Source: Candidatus Heimdallarchaeota archaeon
GTDB taxonomy: Archaea; Asgardarchaeota; Heimdallarchaeia; JABLTI01
DNA: 64,000 bases
Assembly (NCBI GenBank): GCA_019058275.1
Contig: JAHLVW010000108.1
Coordinates: 1-64,000 of the forward strand
Direction of reading: 5' to 3'
Each line of letters begins with the position of its first letter. Positions within the stretch are counted from its first letter, which is position 1. The position numbers and the translations under genes were made by a program. The notes below the pieces were generated by a model, which saw only the letters and a list, made by a program, of their open reading frames with translations, was not told where the DNA came from and did not search any database. Below are positions 38,275 to 49,619 of this stretch, one piece after another.

Positions 38275-39957
38275 TTGTACAAAGGGGCATTTAAGAAAGG
38301 AAAACAGTACTACTATCTCAGGAGAAGCATGATGATTAAGTTCTTGCACTGGCGAACAGATCCATTGCTTTTAGATCACACACAAATTGTACAAAATAAT
38401 TGGTTAACTGCAAATGAATTACTAGAAGCAGATCAAGGTGAGAAATTCATACAATCTAACGGACAGCTTCATCTCTATCCAATTATGGTTCGAAAAATTG
38501 ATTTTATATCGGGAGAACGCATTTTACAGTCATTCCCCTATATTTTATTAGATTAAACTTGGATTGCTAAGATTAGAAAGCAATCGCTTACTCTAGCAGA
38601 AAAGGTTCATCACTATTTTACTGGATCAAATATTTCAAGGTCTATATGTAGCTGGCAAAAGAGAATCATTTCCTATCTAGAAGAACAAGACCGACTCCCC
38701 TTTCCTCTTTTCCGGTTATTTAACTCCTGGGAAGAGTTATTTCAAGGAAAACAATTCATACAATTTCAATCTGCTCGAGGGGAAGTTTTCCAGCTACCAC
38801 TATACCTCACAGAAGACCTCGCTTATCTTACAGGTGTTATTATGGGAGATGGACATCTTGCTAATTATTTCATTAATATTATTGATTCTTCAAAGGAACA
38901 TACTAAAAATTTAACTAAATTACTGGAAGAGTTATTTCACTCACGAACAGAATTTTTTGCACAACAAAATGCTAACGCTTGGAATGTCAACCTTCTAGGG
39001 AAATAGCTTGTTCGCTTCTTTAATTTCCTTTCCGGACAACCGATTAATGCACATAAATATCCCCACCTTTGTGAACCAAAGGTTTTTTGTAATACTAACC
39101 TCTTTCGAGCAGCTTTTTGGCGAGGATTAATGGATGCAGATGGTGGGTATAAGTCTACCATAGGATTTGGTACAGCTTCCAAACAATTACTGAATGATTT
39201 TTCATGTTATTTATCACAATACAACATTCAACATCGTTTCTATACTCAAACAGTGTTTGGAGGGGCTACTTACAGTCTTAATGTTGCGGGTTCCTCGAGA
39301 CTGCAATTTGCTCTGTTAATTGGTACATCTCATCCACAAAAGGAGCATGAATTGCAAAGACTTTTAGCTCGCAAAGTCTATCGCTTTTCTCCCCGTCCCC
39401 ATACTTTAAGAAATCATGATTATTGGAAAGGACAAATCATTGATTATAATGCTGAGAAATTACTTGATAGTTTTTTTGATATCTCTTTGGTTCCCAATTT
39501 AAGCGTCTCAAACTTAGGAGCTTATATTCATTCTTTACGTAAAGGACATAGACATACTCAATTGGAATTAGCTAAAGAAATCAACATAACCCAAACTATG
39601 CTTTCAAAATATGAATTAAATGATACAACAATTCCCATAGCTGATTTACTCCAAATTTTTTCTTTTTACAAAATTTCACTATTATCATTTCTCTCAAAAT
39701 ACTCAAAATTGCATCTCCATTCCCGATGTTCTCATTGTTTACTAGATACCCAACCCAACAAGTTATTACTCCAATTACTTTGTGGGTTAGAATTTAAAGA
39801 GCAAGGATATATTCTGATAATTGGGCAAGCATAAAAGTTAGTGGAACAATATAAAAAAGATATCAGTAAATATTTTTCAATAAATGTTCCCTCTAGGAGA
39901 TTTAACAATTCAGTTCTAAGTACTTTTGTAAGAGAATTCTTCATACTTAGGAAGTAA
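38275..39957 (+). pseudogene. Double-motif LAGLIDADG endonuclease-like gene fused to XRE-type HTH, three in-frame stops
   Basis: Single frame with stops at 38554, 39004 and 39832; LAYLTGVIMGDG and FWRGLMDADG; HTH LRKGHRHTQLELAKEINITQTMLSKYE. Confidence 0.82.
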
Positions 39958-40269
39958 TTGTTTTGATTTTTGAAAATAAAATACTCAAAACTTTAACTCC
40001 AATATAATCAGAAAGGAACATCTTTTTTTCTGCCGTTTATAAAGGATTACTTTTGGTAGCTTTTTTTAGTGCTTTTTAAAGAAAAATCGACAAAAAAATT
40101 TATCTCAATTCGAAGAAACTAACTAAAAATCAAAAGAGTAAATAAAGAAGAAACTGTTTTATTGGAAAAAAAGGAATATGAAGATATTAAACCTAATAAA
40201 TACCGTGAAAGAAAACTTATTATTATCCTATGTAGCAATTTTATTTCGGAATAGGAAGGAGAACAAAAA

Positions 40270-40632
40270 ATGTCAGAAAAATTAGTAAATACAGCATCTG
40301 AATTTCGTGATGAAATACCGGAACTAGAAGGTCTACTTATAGGAAAAATAGATGGTACAAAATTATGGGGAGATACTCTTAAGGATCTTAATCATGAGTT
40401 TATTCTCTCAAGTGCATCTGTTGCTGCAAGAGCAACTAAAAAAATTAGTGAAGCCATAGATAAGAAAACTATTAAGCAAATTGATATTGAAATCGATGGA
40501 GGTTATGTTACGATAATCATTTTAAAGAAAGCAATTGTCCTAGGCTTTTATGGTGAAGATGCAAGAGCGCAATTGGGTATCATAAAGAAGAACTTGGGAA
40601 TCTTTGCTAAGAAAATTGAGAAGTTAATTTGA
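40270..40632 (+). CDS. Roadblock/LC7 domain protein
   Basis: IPELEGLLIGKIDG...QIDIEIDGG...AQLGII. Confidence 0.8.
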   Translation: MSEKLVNTASEFRDEIPELEGLLIGKIDGTKLWGDTLKDLNHEFILSSASVAARATKKISEAIDKKTIKQIDIEIDGGYVTIIILKKAIVLGFYGEDARAQLGIIKKNLGIFAKKIEKLI

Positions 40633-40895
40633 TTTATACTTCCTTTTTTCATTCCTTATTATTTTGTAAAGAAAGTTCGCTATTATAAAGATACAACCTA
40701 GATAATACAGTACTTTTTTGATAAGAATTCAATTCAATCAAACAAAGGTCTCGAAAGAAATTAAAACAAGCTGTAACTTTGCTAACAATTATAGCTTTAA
40801 GAGAATAATATTATTATTAATAGTAAACGAAAGAAAATATTGTCGGTGAGGAGAATATCCCACATGATGGACTGTAAGCAGGTGAACAAACTCTG

Positions 40896-43800
40896 GTGCA
40901 CATTAAGCGTTTAGTTCTTGAAAATTTCAAGAGCTATGGAAGACGCAAAATAACACTTAATTTTAATATAGGATTAACAGTTATTAGTGGTCCAAATGGT
41001 TGTGGGAAATCTAACATTTCTGATGCTATTCAGTTTGTTATAGGGCAGCTAAGCTCTAAAACTATTAGAAGCGAAAAATTAGCTGGGGTTATTTTTTCAG
41101 GAACAAAGGAGGGGCACAAAACTGCTCCTAATTCCAGAGTTACATTAGTTTTAGATAATTCAGCAGAACCAAAGGTAATACCAATATCGACAGATGAAGT
41201 CCATATAAGCAGAAAAGTCTTCTTGGATGGAAGGAGTGAGTATTACTTAAATGGTTCAAGAATAACAAGAAATGAAATCATTGATACTATTGCTATGTGT
41301 GGAATTGCAATTGATGGATACAACGTCATTCGTCAAGGTGAAATAGCAAATTTCGCAAATATGTCTCCATTACAAGTTCGAGGACTTTTTGAGGAAATTG
41401 CTGGAATAGCTTCCTATGATGAGAAGAAAGAAAAAGCTCAGAAAAATCTTGATGTTGCTAGAACAAAACTAAGAATCGCAACAGTTCGACTTGAAGAATC
41501 AATGAAAAATCTCGCTCGGTTAGAGAAGGAAAAGGAAGATGCTCTTAGGTATCAAGAGTTAAAAGTTCAAATAAAAAATACTGAAGCAAAACTTATTCAC
41601 GTTAGAATAAAACAACTTAATGATAGAGTGAAAGAAGTAGAAAGTAGCATTAGCAATTTGAAGGAGCAACAAAAAAATTCTCAAACAACTATAGAGCAAA
41701 TTGAAGCTGGTATAAAATCATATGATGATATGATACAAGAAGCAAAAGAGAAAGTAAAAGATGCTACTACTGAAACTTTCAACACGTTAAGTAAAAAGAT
41801 TGAAGGATTGACAAAGAACCTTTCTGAGGAATCTTCTAAGAAAACTCAAATCGTTACTGGATTGGAAACTTTAATTGGTCAGAAAGAGACTGTTGAGAAT
41901 CAGCTAGAAAGCATTTTCGAGGAGAATTCGGACTTAGAAACGTATTCTTCATCTACGAAGCAACAATTAGATGGTGCTGATGTTACATTACAGAAAATAC
42001 AGGAAGAGTTAGATCTCAAACGAAATATGCTTGATACTTCAAAAAGCAGTGAAATTATGGATCAGCTTGAAGAAATTCGATCGAATAGTACTGAAATGAA
42101 TAAGAGAAAAGCTGAGTATGAATCACAGTTAGCTATATACAATAATAATTTGAATATTAATAACTCACGAATAGATGAAAAAGAGAAAAGAGTTGTAGAA
42201 GTAGCTGGTATTTTGGCTACATTCCTTAGCAGGAAAGCAAAATATTTGGAAGAGATTTCAAAATACGATACATTGGTGAGAGATCTCAATCTTAAGGTTG
42301 GGGAACTTAAAGAGGAACTTGAAACTGTTGAACAAGAAATAGATGATAATGAGCATAATTTAAGAGAAAAAGCTCTTGATGTGAGGAGAATTCAAACAGA
42401 AGTTACTACAACTAAGAAAATAATGGAAAAAGTAGCAAGCAGAGATAAAGGAATTAAATTACTGTTAAAAGCAAGGGATGAAAAGAAAATAAAGGGAGTT
42501 TTTGGAACGGTTGGTGGACTTTGTAAAACACATCCAAAATACTCCATAGCTCTTAATGTTACAGCAGGTAACAGAACAGATTTCATTGTTGTTGAATCAG
42601 ATGAAGTTGCTGCTCAGTGTATGATGATGGTTAAGAAAGCTAAAGCAGGTAGAGTTAATTTATTACCATTAAATAAAATCAGACCAATGGTTATTGATCC
42701 TGATACTAAGGATAAAGGAGTTATAGGTAGAGCAATTGATCTTGTAGAATTTGATGAAAAATATCGAAAAGCAATCGAATTTGTTTTTGGTCAGACATTG
42801 ATTGTTAAGAATCTTGATGCTGCGAGAAGAATTGGGTTTAATTATCGTTCAGTTACTTTAGATGGCGATGTTGTTAATCCTTCAGGATTAATGACTGGTG
42901 GATTCTATAAGGGGAGAGATAGAACAAGAATTTCTTTGATAATTGAGGATGAAGAAAAATTACCTAAGCTTCAAAAAGAATTTAATGAACTTCAAGAAGA
43001 AAGAAAACGATTGTTGGAATACCGATCTGAAGTTGCTAGTGAATTAAATGATGACTTACTCCCTCAATTGAATGATGTAATCAAGAATCGAGATTTACGT
43101 CAACGAGATATTAAGATAATCGAAGAAGAGATAGAGATTCGAAGTGAAGAAAATCTAACAATTCAAAAAGAGCTTGAAGAACTTACCAAGGAATATGAAG
43201 AAATAGAAGTAAAGATCGAAGAATTACTTTCTGCTCGCAAAGATGTTAGCATTACTTTGGAATCCCTACTTGAAGCTGAGATTAAACTCAAAAATGAGCT
43301 CAAAACTAGTGGTGTTCAAATAACAATAGAAGAAATAAAGACAAAGGAAATGCAACAGAAGGAAATCGCTGAAATAATTAATAACCTAAAAATGGAGCAA
43401 TTCAAAACATCTTCTGATTTGAAAAAGAATCTAAAATTAGTTAATGATATGAAAAAGCAAATTGAGGGAATAGAAAAGAAAGAACCTGATATAAAAGAGG
43501 AAATAGCTAAAATTCAAACAATTATTGATGGTTTACAAAAAGAATTAGATGACAATAAAGTTCGAAGAGATGAGCTGTTTTCATTAATCGAAAAGAGTCA
43601 AAATGAGCAAGAAAAACTTGAGCAGGAACAAAGAAGATTAAGAGAACAGCTTGAAGACGAACGACAAAATCAAAGTCAGAATATCTTGCAAATTGACAGA
43701 CTAATTAATGAAAAAGCAAATGCTGGAAAGCAGATTCAGGAATTTGAAGAGCTTGCTACTGAGAGGGACTTGCCATATATTTTTGCTGAAGATGAAGTTA

Positions 43801-44510
43801 TCGATGTGGAAGTTTTAAAGGAAGTAATGAATGGGCTAAAGATCGAATTAGAAAGCCTCCCTGAAATAAACATGAAAGCAGTTTCCCAATATGATGAAGA
43901 ACAGGAACTAAATAATGAGCTCTTTGGAAAGAGAAAGCTAGTTGAAAAAGACTTTGAAGCAATCAGTCAAGCAATAAATGATATTGAAAGTGAAAAGCGT
44001 GATAAGTTCATGGGTGTTTTCAATAGTATCTCCAAAGACTTTAACCGAATCTTCGGAATTTTATCTCCAGATGGTAGAGCTAAGGTTGAGCTTGAAGATC
44101 CGGATGATCCTTTCGGTGGAGGTGTTAATATCATGGCTAATCCTGGTGGTAAGAAGATTACAAGCATGCTTTCGTTATCTGGTGGTGAGAAATCTTTGAC
44201 TGCATTAGCAATGATTTTTGCAGTGCAAAGATATAAACCAGCACCCTTCTATGTTTTAGATGAAATTGACGCTTTCTTGGACTTAAATAATGTATACAAA
44301 GTAGCTACCCTTGTTAGAGAAATGAGCCGTAATACTCAAATTATTATTATCAGCTTAAGAGCACCAATGATTGCTGCAGCAGAGAAAATCTTTGGGGTTA
44401 CTGCAGGAGAAGATCGTATATCGCAAATAGTTTCTGTATCCCTTGATGAAATCATGAAAATTGTTGAGAAAACAGACCTACCATCAGAAGCAGAAGTTTA
44501 TGATTATTAG
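40896..44510 (+). CDS. smc: Chromosome segregation protein SMC
   Basis: NFKSY, GPNGCGKSN, hinge GDVVNPSGLMTGG, LSGGEKS, LDEID. Confidence 0.97.
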   Translation: MHIKRLVLENFKSYGRRKITLNFNIGLTVISGPNGCGKSNISDAIQFVIGQLSSKTIRSEKLAGVIFSGTKEGHKTAPNSRVTLVLDNSAEPKVIPISTDEVHISRKVFLDGRSEYYLNGSRITRNEIIDTIAMCGIAIDGYNVIRQGEIANFANMSPLQVRGLFEEIAGIASYDEKKEKAQKNLDVARTKLRIATVRLEESMKNLARLEKEKEDALRYQELKVQIKNTEAKLIHVRIKQLNDRVKEVESSISNLKEQQKNSQTTIEQIEAGIKSYDDMIQEAKEKVKDATTETFNTLSKKIEGLTKNLSEESSKKTQIVTGLETLIGQKETVENQLESIFEENSDLETYSSSTKQQLDGADVTLQKIQEELDLKRNMLDTSKSSEIMDQLEEIRSNSTEMNKRKAEYESQLAIYNNNLNINNSRIDEKEKRVVEVAGILATFLSRKAKYLEEISKYDTLVRDLNLKVGELKEELETVEQEIDDNEHNLREKALDVRRIQTEVTTTKKIMEKVASRDKGIKLLLKARDEKKIKGVFGTVGGLCKTHPKYSIALNVTAGNRTDFIVVESDEVAAQCMMMVKKAKAGRVNLLPLNKIRPMVIDPDTKDKGVIGRAIDLVEFDEKYRKAIEFVFGQTLIVKNLDAARRIGFNYRSVTLDGDVVNPSGLMTGGFYKGRDRTRISLIIEDEEKLPKLQKEFNELQEERKRLLEYRSEVASELNDDLLPQLNDVIKNRDLRQRDIKIIEEEIEIRSEENLTIQKELEELTKEYEEIEVKIEELLSARKDVSITLESLLEAEIKLKNELKTSGVQITIEEIKTKEMQQKEIAEIINNLKMEQFKTSSDLKKNLKLVNDMKKQIEGIEKKEPDIKEEIAKIQTIIDGLQKELDDNKVRRDELFSLIEKSQNEQEKLEQEQRRLREQLEDERQNQSQNILQIDRLINEKANAGKQIQEFEELATERDLPYIFAEDEVIDVEVLKEVMNGLKIELESLPEINMKAVSQYDEEQELNNELFGKRKLVEKDFEAISQAINDIESEKRDKFMGVFNSISKDFNRIFGILSPDGRAKVELEDPDDPFGGGVNIMANPGGKKITSMLSLSGGEKSLTALAMIFAVQRYKPAPFYVLDEIDAFLDLNNVYKVATLVREMSRNTQIIIISLRAPMIAAAEKIFGVTAGEDRISQIVSVSLDEIMKIVEKTDLPSEAEVYDY

Positions 44511-44575
44511 GATAACAAATAATTGATAAGTAAATAAAGGAATCATAGAGAAAGACAAGTAACGGAGCAAAGAAA

Positions 44576-45511
44576 ATGGTACAAAAGGATTTAGACCTAT
44601 CCATTACACAAACAATAGTGGATGAAGAATATCCTTTTTGGCTTCGTGCACCATTTCGACTTCTTACTGATGTGACACAATTTAGAAAAGTTGATCCTTG
44701 GGATCTGGAAATTGCTGAGCTGATTACTAATTTTGTTAGTAACATGAAACTCTTGGATGACATTAATTTTCCAGTACTTGGCAGAGCAATTCTGTCAGCA
44801 GCAATTCTCTATCGTTCAAAAGTCACCGATCTAATTAAGATAATCGAAGAAACTGATGAAAAATCTGAAGGTTTAGATACTTTAGGATTTGACATCCCTG
44901 AGATAGCTCCATCATATCACTTGTCACAAAGACCAGTCACATTTAATGAATTGGTTTTTGCTTTTCAAGGTTTACTAAAACAAGAAAGTCGTTATAAACA
45001 TAGATTAGCTATAAACAAACAAAAAGCTCTTATTCAACCTTTACACATCCCTGCTGAACCTATTCAAATTATAGATGAAGAATCAACAAAAATAGCCAAA
45101 CTGAAAAAAGATGTTTATGAAAAGATTGTCAGATTATTCAATCAATACAAAAGACCAATTCGTTTTGAAGAACTTCTTTTACCAAATATTAATCGAATAT
45201 CAGTAATACGAACTTTTATGTGTATTCTCTTTTTAGGGTTCGAATTAAAAGCACAAATATTTCAAGATGAGGATTTTGGACAAATAACATTGGTTCCAAT
45301 AAGAGATAATGAAGAAGAGTTCCTTGGTGGATTGGAGAAAGTTATAAAGAAGAAGCTAATGGAAGGAATTCCTTCTGAGGGAAGCGTTTCCGTTTCTGAA
45401 ATTGATATTAATGATGATTTAATGGAGGAAACTGATCTTCTATTTCATGAGAATTTCGATGAAACTGAAGACATTAATCTAAGTGAATCATCTGATAAGA
45501 ATGAAGAATAA
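44576..45511 (+). CDS. scpA: Kleisin ScpA
   Basis: DPWDLEI, GRAILSAAILYRSK, RPVTFNEL, C-terminal F..ILFL...Q..DFG.I; directly after smc. Confidence 0.88.
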   Translation: MVQKDLDLSITQTIVDEEYPFWLRAPFRLLTDVTQFRKVDPWDLEIAELITNFVSNMKLLDDINFPVLGRAILSAAILYRSKVTDLIKIIEETDEKSEGLDTLGFDIPEIAPSYHLSQRPVTFNELVFAFQGLLKQESRYKHRLAINKQKALIQPLHIPAEPIQIIDEESTKIAKLKKDVYEKIVRLFNQYKRPIRFEELLLPNINRISVIRTFMCILFLGFELKAQIFQDEDFGQITLVPIRDNEEEFLGGLEKVIKKKLMEGIPSEGSVSVSEIDINDDLMEETDLLFHENFDETEDINLSESSDKNEE

Positions 45512-45553
45512 AACATAATGCTATCTTATTTCTAAAGAAGAATAAAGAGAGAA

Positions 45554-45748
45554 CTATGCGGTAGTGAATAGTTTCAATATATATGGTCCAGCTAATACTA
45601 GAATAATCAATACAGCAGCAAAGATCATTACTGCATAAGGACCTATTTTTACGCCTGGAGTATCTTCTTCAAAGAACCTAATTAAACCTGCACCAGTAGC
45701 AGGCATTGCTCCTCCGCTTTCACCTGATCTTTTTGTTCTACGACTCAT
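45554..45748 (-). CDS. secG: Preprotein translocase Sec61-beta
   Basis: MPATGAGLIRFFEEDTPGVKIGP plus one TM helix. Confidence 0.92.
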   Translation of the reverse strand: MSRRTKRSGESGGAMPATGAGLIRFFEEDTPGVKIGPYAVMIFAAVLIILVLAGPYILKLFTTA

Positions 45749-45957
45749 TGTTAAAATCACTTCAAGCTGATTATTATTGTTGATTCATTTTCTTATCCCC
45801 CTTTAAAATTTTCTGATATTCTTGTGAATAAATCATAATTAATCTATTTTAGTATGGTGGTTCTTGTAGAAGCTAATAACAAATGGAAAAACACCCTTAA
45901 AAGTCTAAATAACTATGTATTAACAATTTAGAATGTGCGAATAATTGAGGTAGTATT

Positions 45958-46908
45958 ATGAAACTGGAAAAAGCTTCTTCAGTTACAAAATCGATTTTAA
46001 ATGAAGTTAGCAAGATTATTGTTGGCAAGGACTTAGTCCTTGAAAGAGTTTTAATAGGAGTTTTAGCAAAAGGGAACCTTTTATTGGAAGATGTACCTGG
46101 TCTTGCTAAAACAATGATGATCAAAGCATTTGCACAGGCAATGAAGTGTAAATTTACAAGAGTACAATGTACTCCTGATTTGTTACCTGCTGATGTAACT
46201 GGATCCACAATTTACAATCAAAAAGATCAAGAATTTTCTTTTAGACAAGGTCCAGTTTTTACTAATCTCCTGTTAGTTGATGAAATTAACCGGGCATCAC
46301 CGAAAACGCAATCTGCACTTTTGGAAGCGATGCAAGAACAACATGTTACTATTGATGGTATCACCTATTCACTACCCCAACCATTTCATGTTTTAGCAAC
46401 ACAAAACCCCATTGAATTTGAAGGAACATTCCCACTTCCAGAAGCTCAACTAGATAGATTCATAATGAGAATTGGTGTTGGTTATCCGGATGCTGTAGAA
46501 GAGATAGAAATTCTAAATCGTAGAATTGCTCGGAAAAAAGAGGAATTTGAATTAGCAGCTATTACAAATGCAAAGCAATTACTAGTAATTCAAAATGTTG
46601 TTGAAGATATACATGTTGACGATAGAATAAAAGAATACATAGTTGAAATTGTTAGAAGAACAAGAGATAATGAACGAATAGATATTGGATCAAGTCCTCG
46701 AGGTAGTTTAGCGTTACTACATCTCTCAAGAGCAAGTGCAGTTATTAATGGAAGAGATTTTGTAAATCCTGATGATGTGAAAAAAGTAGTTATTCCAGCT
46801 CTTAGTCATAGAATTATCCTAAGTACGGGAAGTTGGTTGACTGGAATCAATCCAGAAGACATTGTTGCAAGGGAATTATCGAAAATTAAAGCCCCTCGTT
46901 TAGATTAA
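45958..46908 (+). CDS. moxR: MoxR-family AAA+ ATPase
   Basis: EDVPGLAKT, TPDLLPADVTG, DEINRASPKTQSALLEAM, ATQNPIE, PEAQLDRF. Confidence 0.96.
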   Translation: MKLEKASSVTKSILNEVSKIIVGKDLVLERVLIGVLAKGNLLLEDVPGLAKTMMIKAFAQAMKCKFTRVQCTPDLLPADVTGSTIYNQKDQEFSFRQGPVFTNLLLVDEINRASPKTQSALLEAMQEQHVTIDGITYSLPQPFHVLATQNPIEFEGTFPLPEAQLDRFIMRIGVGYPDAVEEIEILNRRIARKKEEFELAAITNAKQLLVIQNVVEDIHVDDRIKEYIVEIVRRTRDNERIDIGSSPRGSLALLHLSRASAVINGRDFVNPDDVKKVVIPALSHRIILSTGSWLTGINPEDIVARELSKIKAPRLD

Positions 46909-46946
46909 AATAATATTATAGCCAATACAGGAGTGAAATTGAAGTA

Positions 46947-48236
46947 ATGTTTTCACCAAAAATTCGGTGGACTTTATCAACATTTTTCATTATTTTACTT
47001 TTAGGTATTGGATTTCAAAGTTGGGTATTTCTTATTGCTTTAGTGCCAATTACAATATTAATTATCTCTTATTTCATCTCAACACCACCAGAAAAGGTTG
47101 AATTAGAAATTATTAGGGAATTAGAACAAACAAGATTTGAAGAGGGTGAACATGTTGAGGTTTCACTAAGGATTAGGAATATTGGAACTCAAGCAATTGA
47201 CATGTTGGAAATTATAGATGTTTTACCTTTGCAAGTTAGTTTGAAAAAAAGTAGCAATCATTTGATAACATCATTAGATATAGGAGAAGAAACCCAATTC
47301 AGGTATGTAGTAAGCTGTGACTATCGAGGTAGGTGGAAATTAGGACCTACACATGTTCGTGCTCGGAATTTTATAGATTCAGCTTATTCAGTGGAATCAT
47401 ATGAAGAAACAGTAACTGACTTTGTAATTATACCTAATTTCGAAAAAATACGAGATATGCCTTTTAGAACAAAATATCCAAAGATTTCAGATGGACCTTT
47501 TCATTCTAAACTAAAAGGTGAAGGTTTGGATTTTTCTGGTGTACGAGAGTATTCTAGTGCAGATTCACTTGGAAGAATAAACTGGTCTGCTACTGCAAAA
47601 TATGGTAAATTATTCACCAATGTGTATGAATTATTTAGAACTGCTGATTTGCTATTAGTACTAGATGCAACTGAAAGGACTGCTTCCATATTAGATGAAC
47701 AAATAAAGGCAGTACTATCATTAAGCGAACATTTTCTAAAGTACAAATGCAGAGTAGGTTTAATAGTAATTCGAGATTCTGTTGACCGTTTTAATTTAAG
47801 CTCTTCAAGACAGCAGCTAGTGAAATTCACTGAAATGCTTATTGATGTTCAAGCTACCAAAGTTGTTAGCTATAATATTTTACGAAACCGAATAAGAAAT
47901 AACTTGGAACACTATTTTCCTATGAATTGTCTTACAATAATTATTTCACCTTTAATTCAATCAACTATAAACAAATTATTAATTGATGTTGCAAGAAGAA
48001 GAAAAAATAGCTTCTTCTTAGTACCATCCATCGTTTCTTCAGAATGGAGATATATAAAGAACAATGAGGATACTGCCAATCTATTAGTTCATCAAAACTT
48101 GCTAATTAGAAGGCAGATGGAACTCACAAAGGTAATTCAAGAAGGACTAGTTATTTTTGAATGGGATGTATCAATTCCATTAAGTGTTTTTATGAACAAG
48201 CTAAAGCAAATAGCCACAAGAAGAGGGAGAAGATAA
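46947..48236 (+). CDS. DUF58 (VWA-like) membrane protein
   Basis: GLDFSGVREY..D....INWSATAK; N-terminal TM helices. Confidence 0.9.
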   Translation: MFSPKIRWTLSTFFIILLLGIGFQSWVFLIALVPITILIISYFISTPPEKVELEIIRELEQTRFEEGEHVEVSLRIRNIGTQAIDMLEIIDVLPLQVSLKKSSNHLITSLDIGEETQFRYVVSCDYRGRWKLGPTHVRARNFIDSAYSVESYEETVTDFVIIPNFEKIRDMPFRTKYPKISDGPFHSKLKGEGLDFSGVREYSSADSLGRINWSATAKYGKLFTNVYELFRTADLLLVLDATERTASILDEQIKAVLSLSEHFLKYKCRVGLIVIRDSVDRFNLSSSRQQLVKFTEMLIDVQATKVVSYNILRNRIRNNLEHYFPMNCLTIIISPLIQSTINKLLIDVARRRKNSFFLVPSIVSSEWRYIKNNEDTANLLVHQNLLIRRQMELTKVIQEGLVIFEWDVSIPLSVFMNKLKQIATRRGRR

Positions 48237-49021
48237 TGAGTAAAAGGGAAGAGCAAACTGAAACCAGTAATTCACAAGAAAAATCTAATGAGTATATTGA
48301 AGGGAGTAAAGTTGAATATATGGTTGATGGACAGCAGCTAAAAGAAGTTGTTAAAGCAAAAGCTGGATATAATGAATTATATGATAGAAAAGTAAGAAAT
48401 TTACAGATAATTGCTTTAGTAATGGTTTTGATGATAACATTCATTGCACCTTTGAGATTACTTGATTCTCGAACTTATGTTGATTTTACTGCGATAGGTT
48501 TCATTATTGCAGGACTTGTGCCATCAATTATAGCTATTTTTGATATTATTGGTGGTCGAAAATTTGCTCTCTACCTATCAGTAGTAATCTATGGTGCATG
48601 GATCATGGTTCTTTCAACTCAATTCTGGGAAATCATTCTTTTAATAACTGCGCTAATAATCTATTATGAGATTACTAGGATTTTGTTGATAATACATCCA
48701 TTGCTGAAAAACATTGAATCAATAGCTAAAGGTGGAGCATATTATCATGCAAATGTGTTTTTAGGTAGGTATTTTAGATACTTTCTGAAATTCTCTGGAC
48801 TACTTATTGGTTCATCGTTTGTCTTAGGTGTTCTAGGATGGTATGTGTTTGAACCACTACAAAGTGATATTATATTTTCAGTATTCATGATTATATGCTT
48901 GATCACATTAATCATTGTTAGTAGAAAAACTCTAACCCCTGATATCGAGAAAATAATTCTTGAGGAAGAGAGAGAAAGACTAGAAGATAATTTAGCTAGA
49001 TCACATTCAAAATACTCTTAG
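48236..49021 (+). CDS. Multi-pass membrane protein of the MoxR operon
   Basis: TAATG overlap with the DUF58 gene; several TM segments. Confidence 0.75.
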   Translation: MSKREEQTETSNSQEKSNEYIEGSKVEYMVDGQQLKEVVKAKAGYNELYDRKVRNLQIIALVMVLMITFIAPLRLLDSRTYVDFTAIGFIIAGLVPSIIAIFDIIGGRKFALYLSVVIYGAWIMVLSTQFWEIILLITALIIYYEITRILLIIHPLLKNIESIAKGGAYYHANVFLGRYFRYFLKFSGLLIGSSFVLGVLGWYVFEPLQSDIIFSVFMIICLITLIIVSRKTLTPDIEKIILEEERERLEDNLARSHSKYS

Positions 49022-49031
49022 AGAAATATGC

Positions 49032-49619
49032 TTAATTTATTGTATCGATAGCACTTCTAAAATTGTGAATAACAGTAGCAAGTTCCAAATAGAATTTTTC
49101 ATCCTCTGGACGATTACCACTTCTAATAATACTTATTATTGGACCAAAAACCCTATCTAAAAAAGATGGTTCAGGAATAACCATTCGTAACCAAGTATTA
49201 ATATCATAAAGAAATTCAACTGCATTTTCATTTGGCACTTCTTGAAAAAGTAATTCTTTATCTTGAAGTAAATTTTCTAACTCACTTTCACTCAAACCTT
49301 TTCTTAACATAAGATAATCTAGCATATCTCTATGTACAGACCTGCAAATACTGTTATTTGTAATTGATAGTAGTTCCCCTCTTCTGCTAAAATGCTGAAA
49401 AGACAAGCTCACTCGAGGGATAATTTTATAGTAGGAAATACGAGACCATTTTTTATGACTTCTTGTTTGTTTACCCAATTCACGGAAGATGATGATGAAT
49501 ATGAATATAATACTAATGAAGAAAATGATTAGCCAACTTTCTTGCATGAAATGTTCCAATCCACTAGCTATCCTCATCAACTCCTTTCTTTGGTTTTTTC
49601 TTTTCTGTAGCCTCATCAT
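49032..49619 (-). CDS. Membrane-anchored hypothetical protein
   Basis: One TM helix; true start probably near 49547-49559. Confidence 0.65.
   Translation of the reverse strand: MMRLQKRKNQRKELMRIASGLEHFMQESWLIIFFISIIFIFIIIFRELGKQTRSHKKWSRISYYKIIPRVSLSFQHFSRRGELLSITNNSICRSVHRDMLDYLMLRKGLSESELENLLQDKELLFQEVPNENAVEFLYDINTWLRMVIPEPSFLDRVFGPIISIIRSGNRPEDEKFYLELATVIHNFRSAIDTIN

Noticed and set aside
6998-39006. TAG recoding (pyrrolysine or read-through), suggested by in-frame TAGs in the Rab-like, cas7-like, tnpB and LAGLIDADG genes
   Set aside because: TGA and TAA interruptions and frameshifts occur in the same elements, and intact genes such as smc, the helicase and the M28 peptidase end in TAG.
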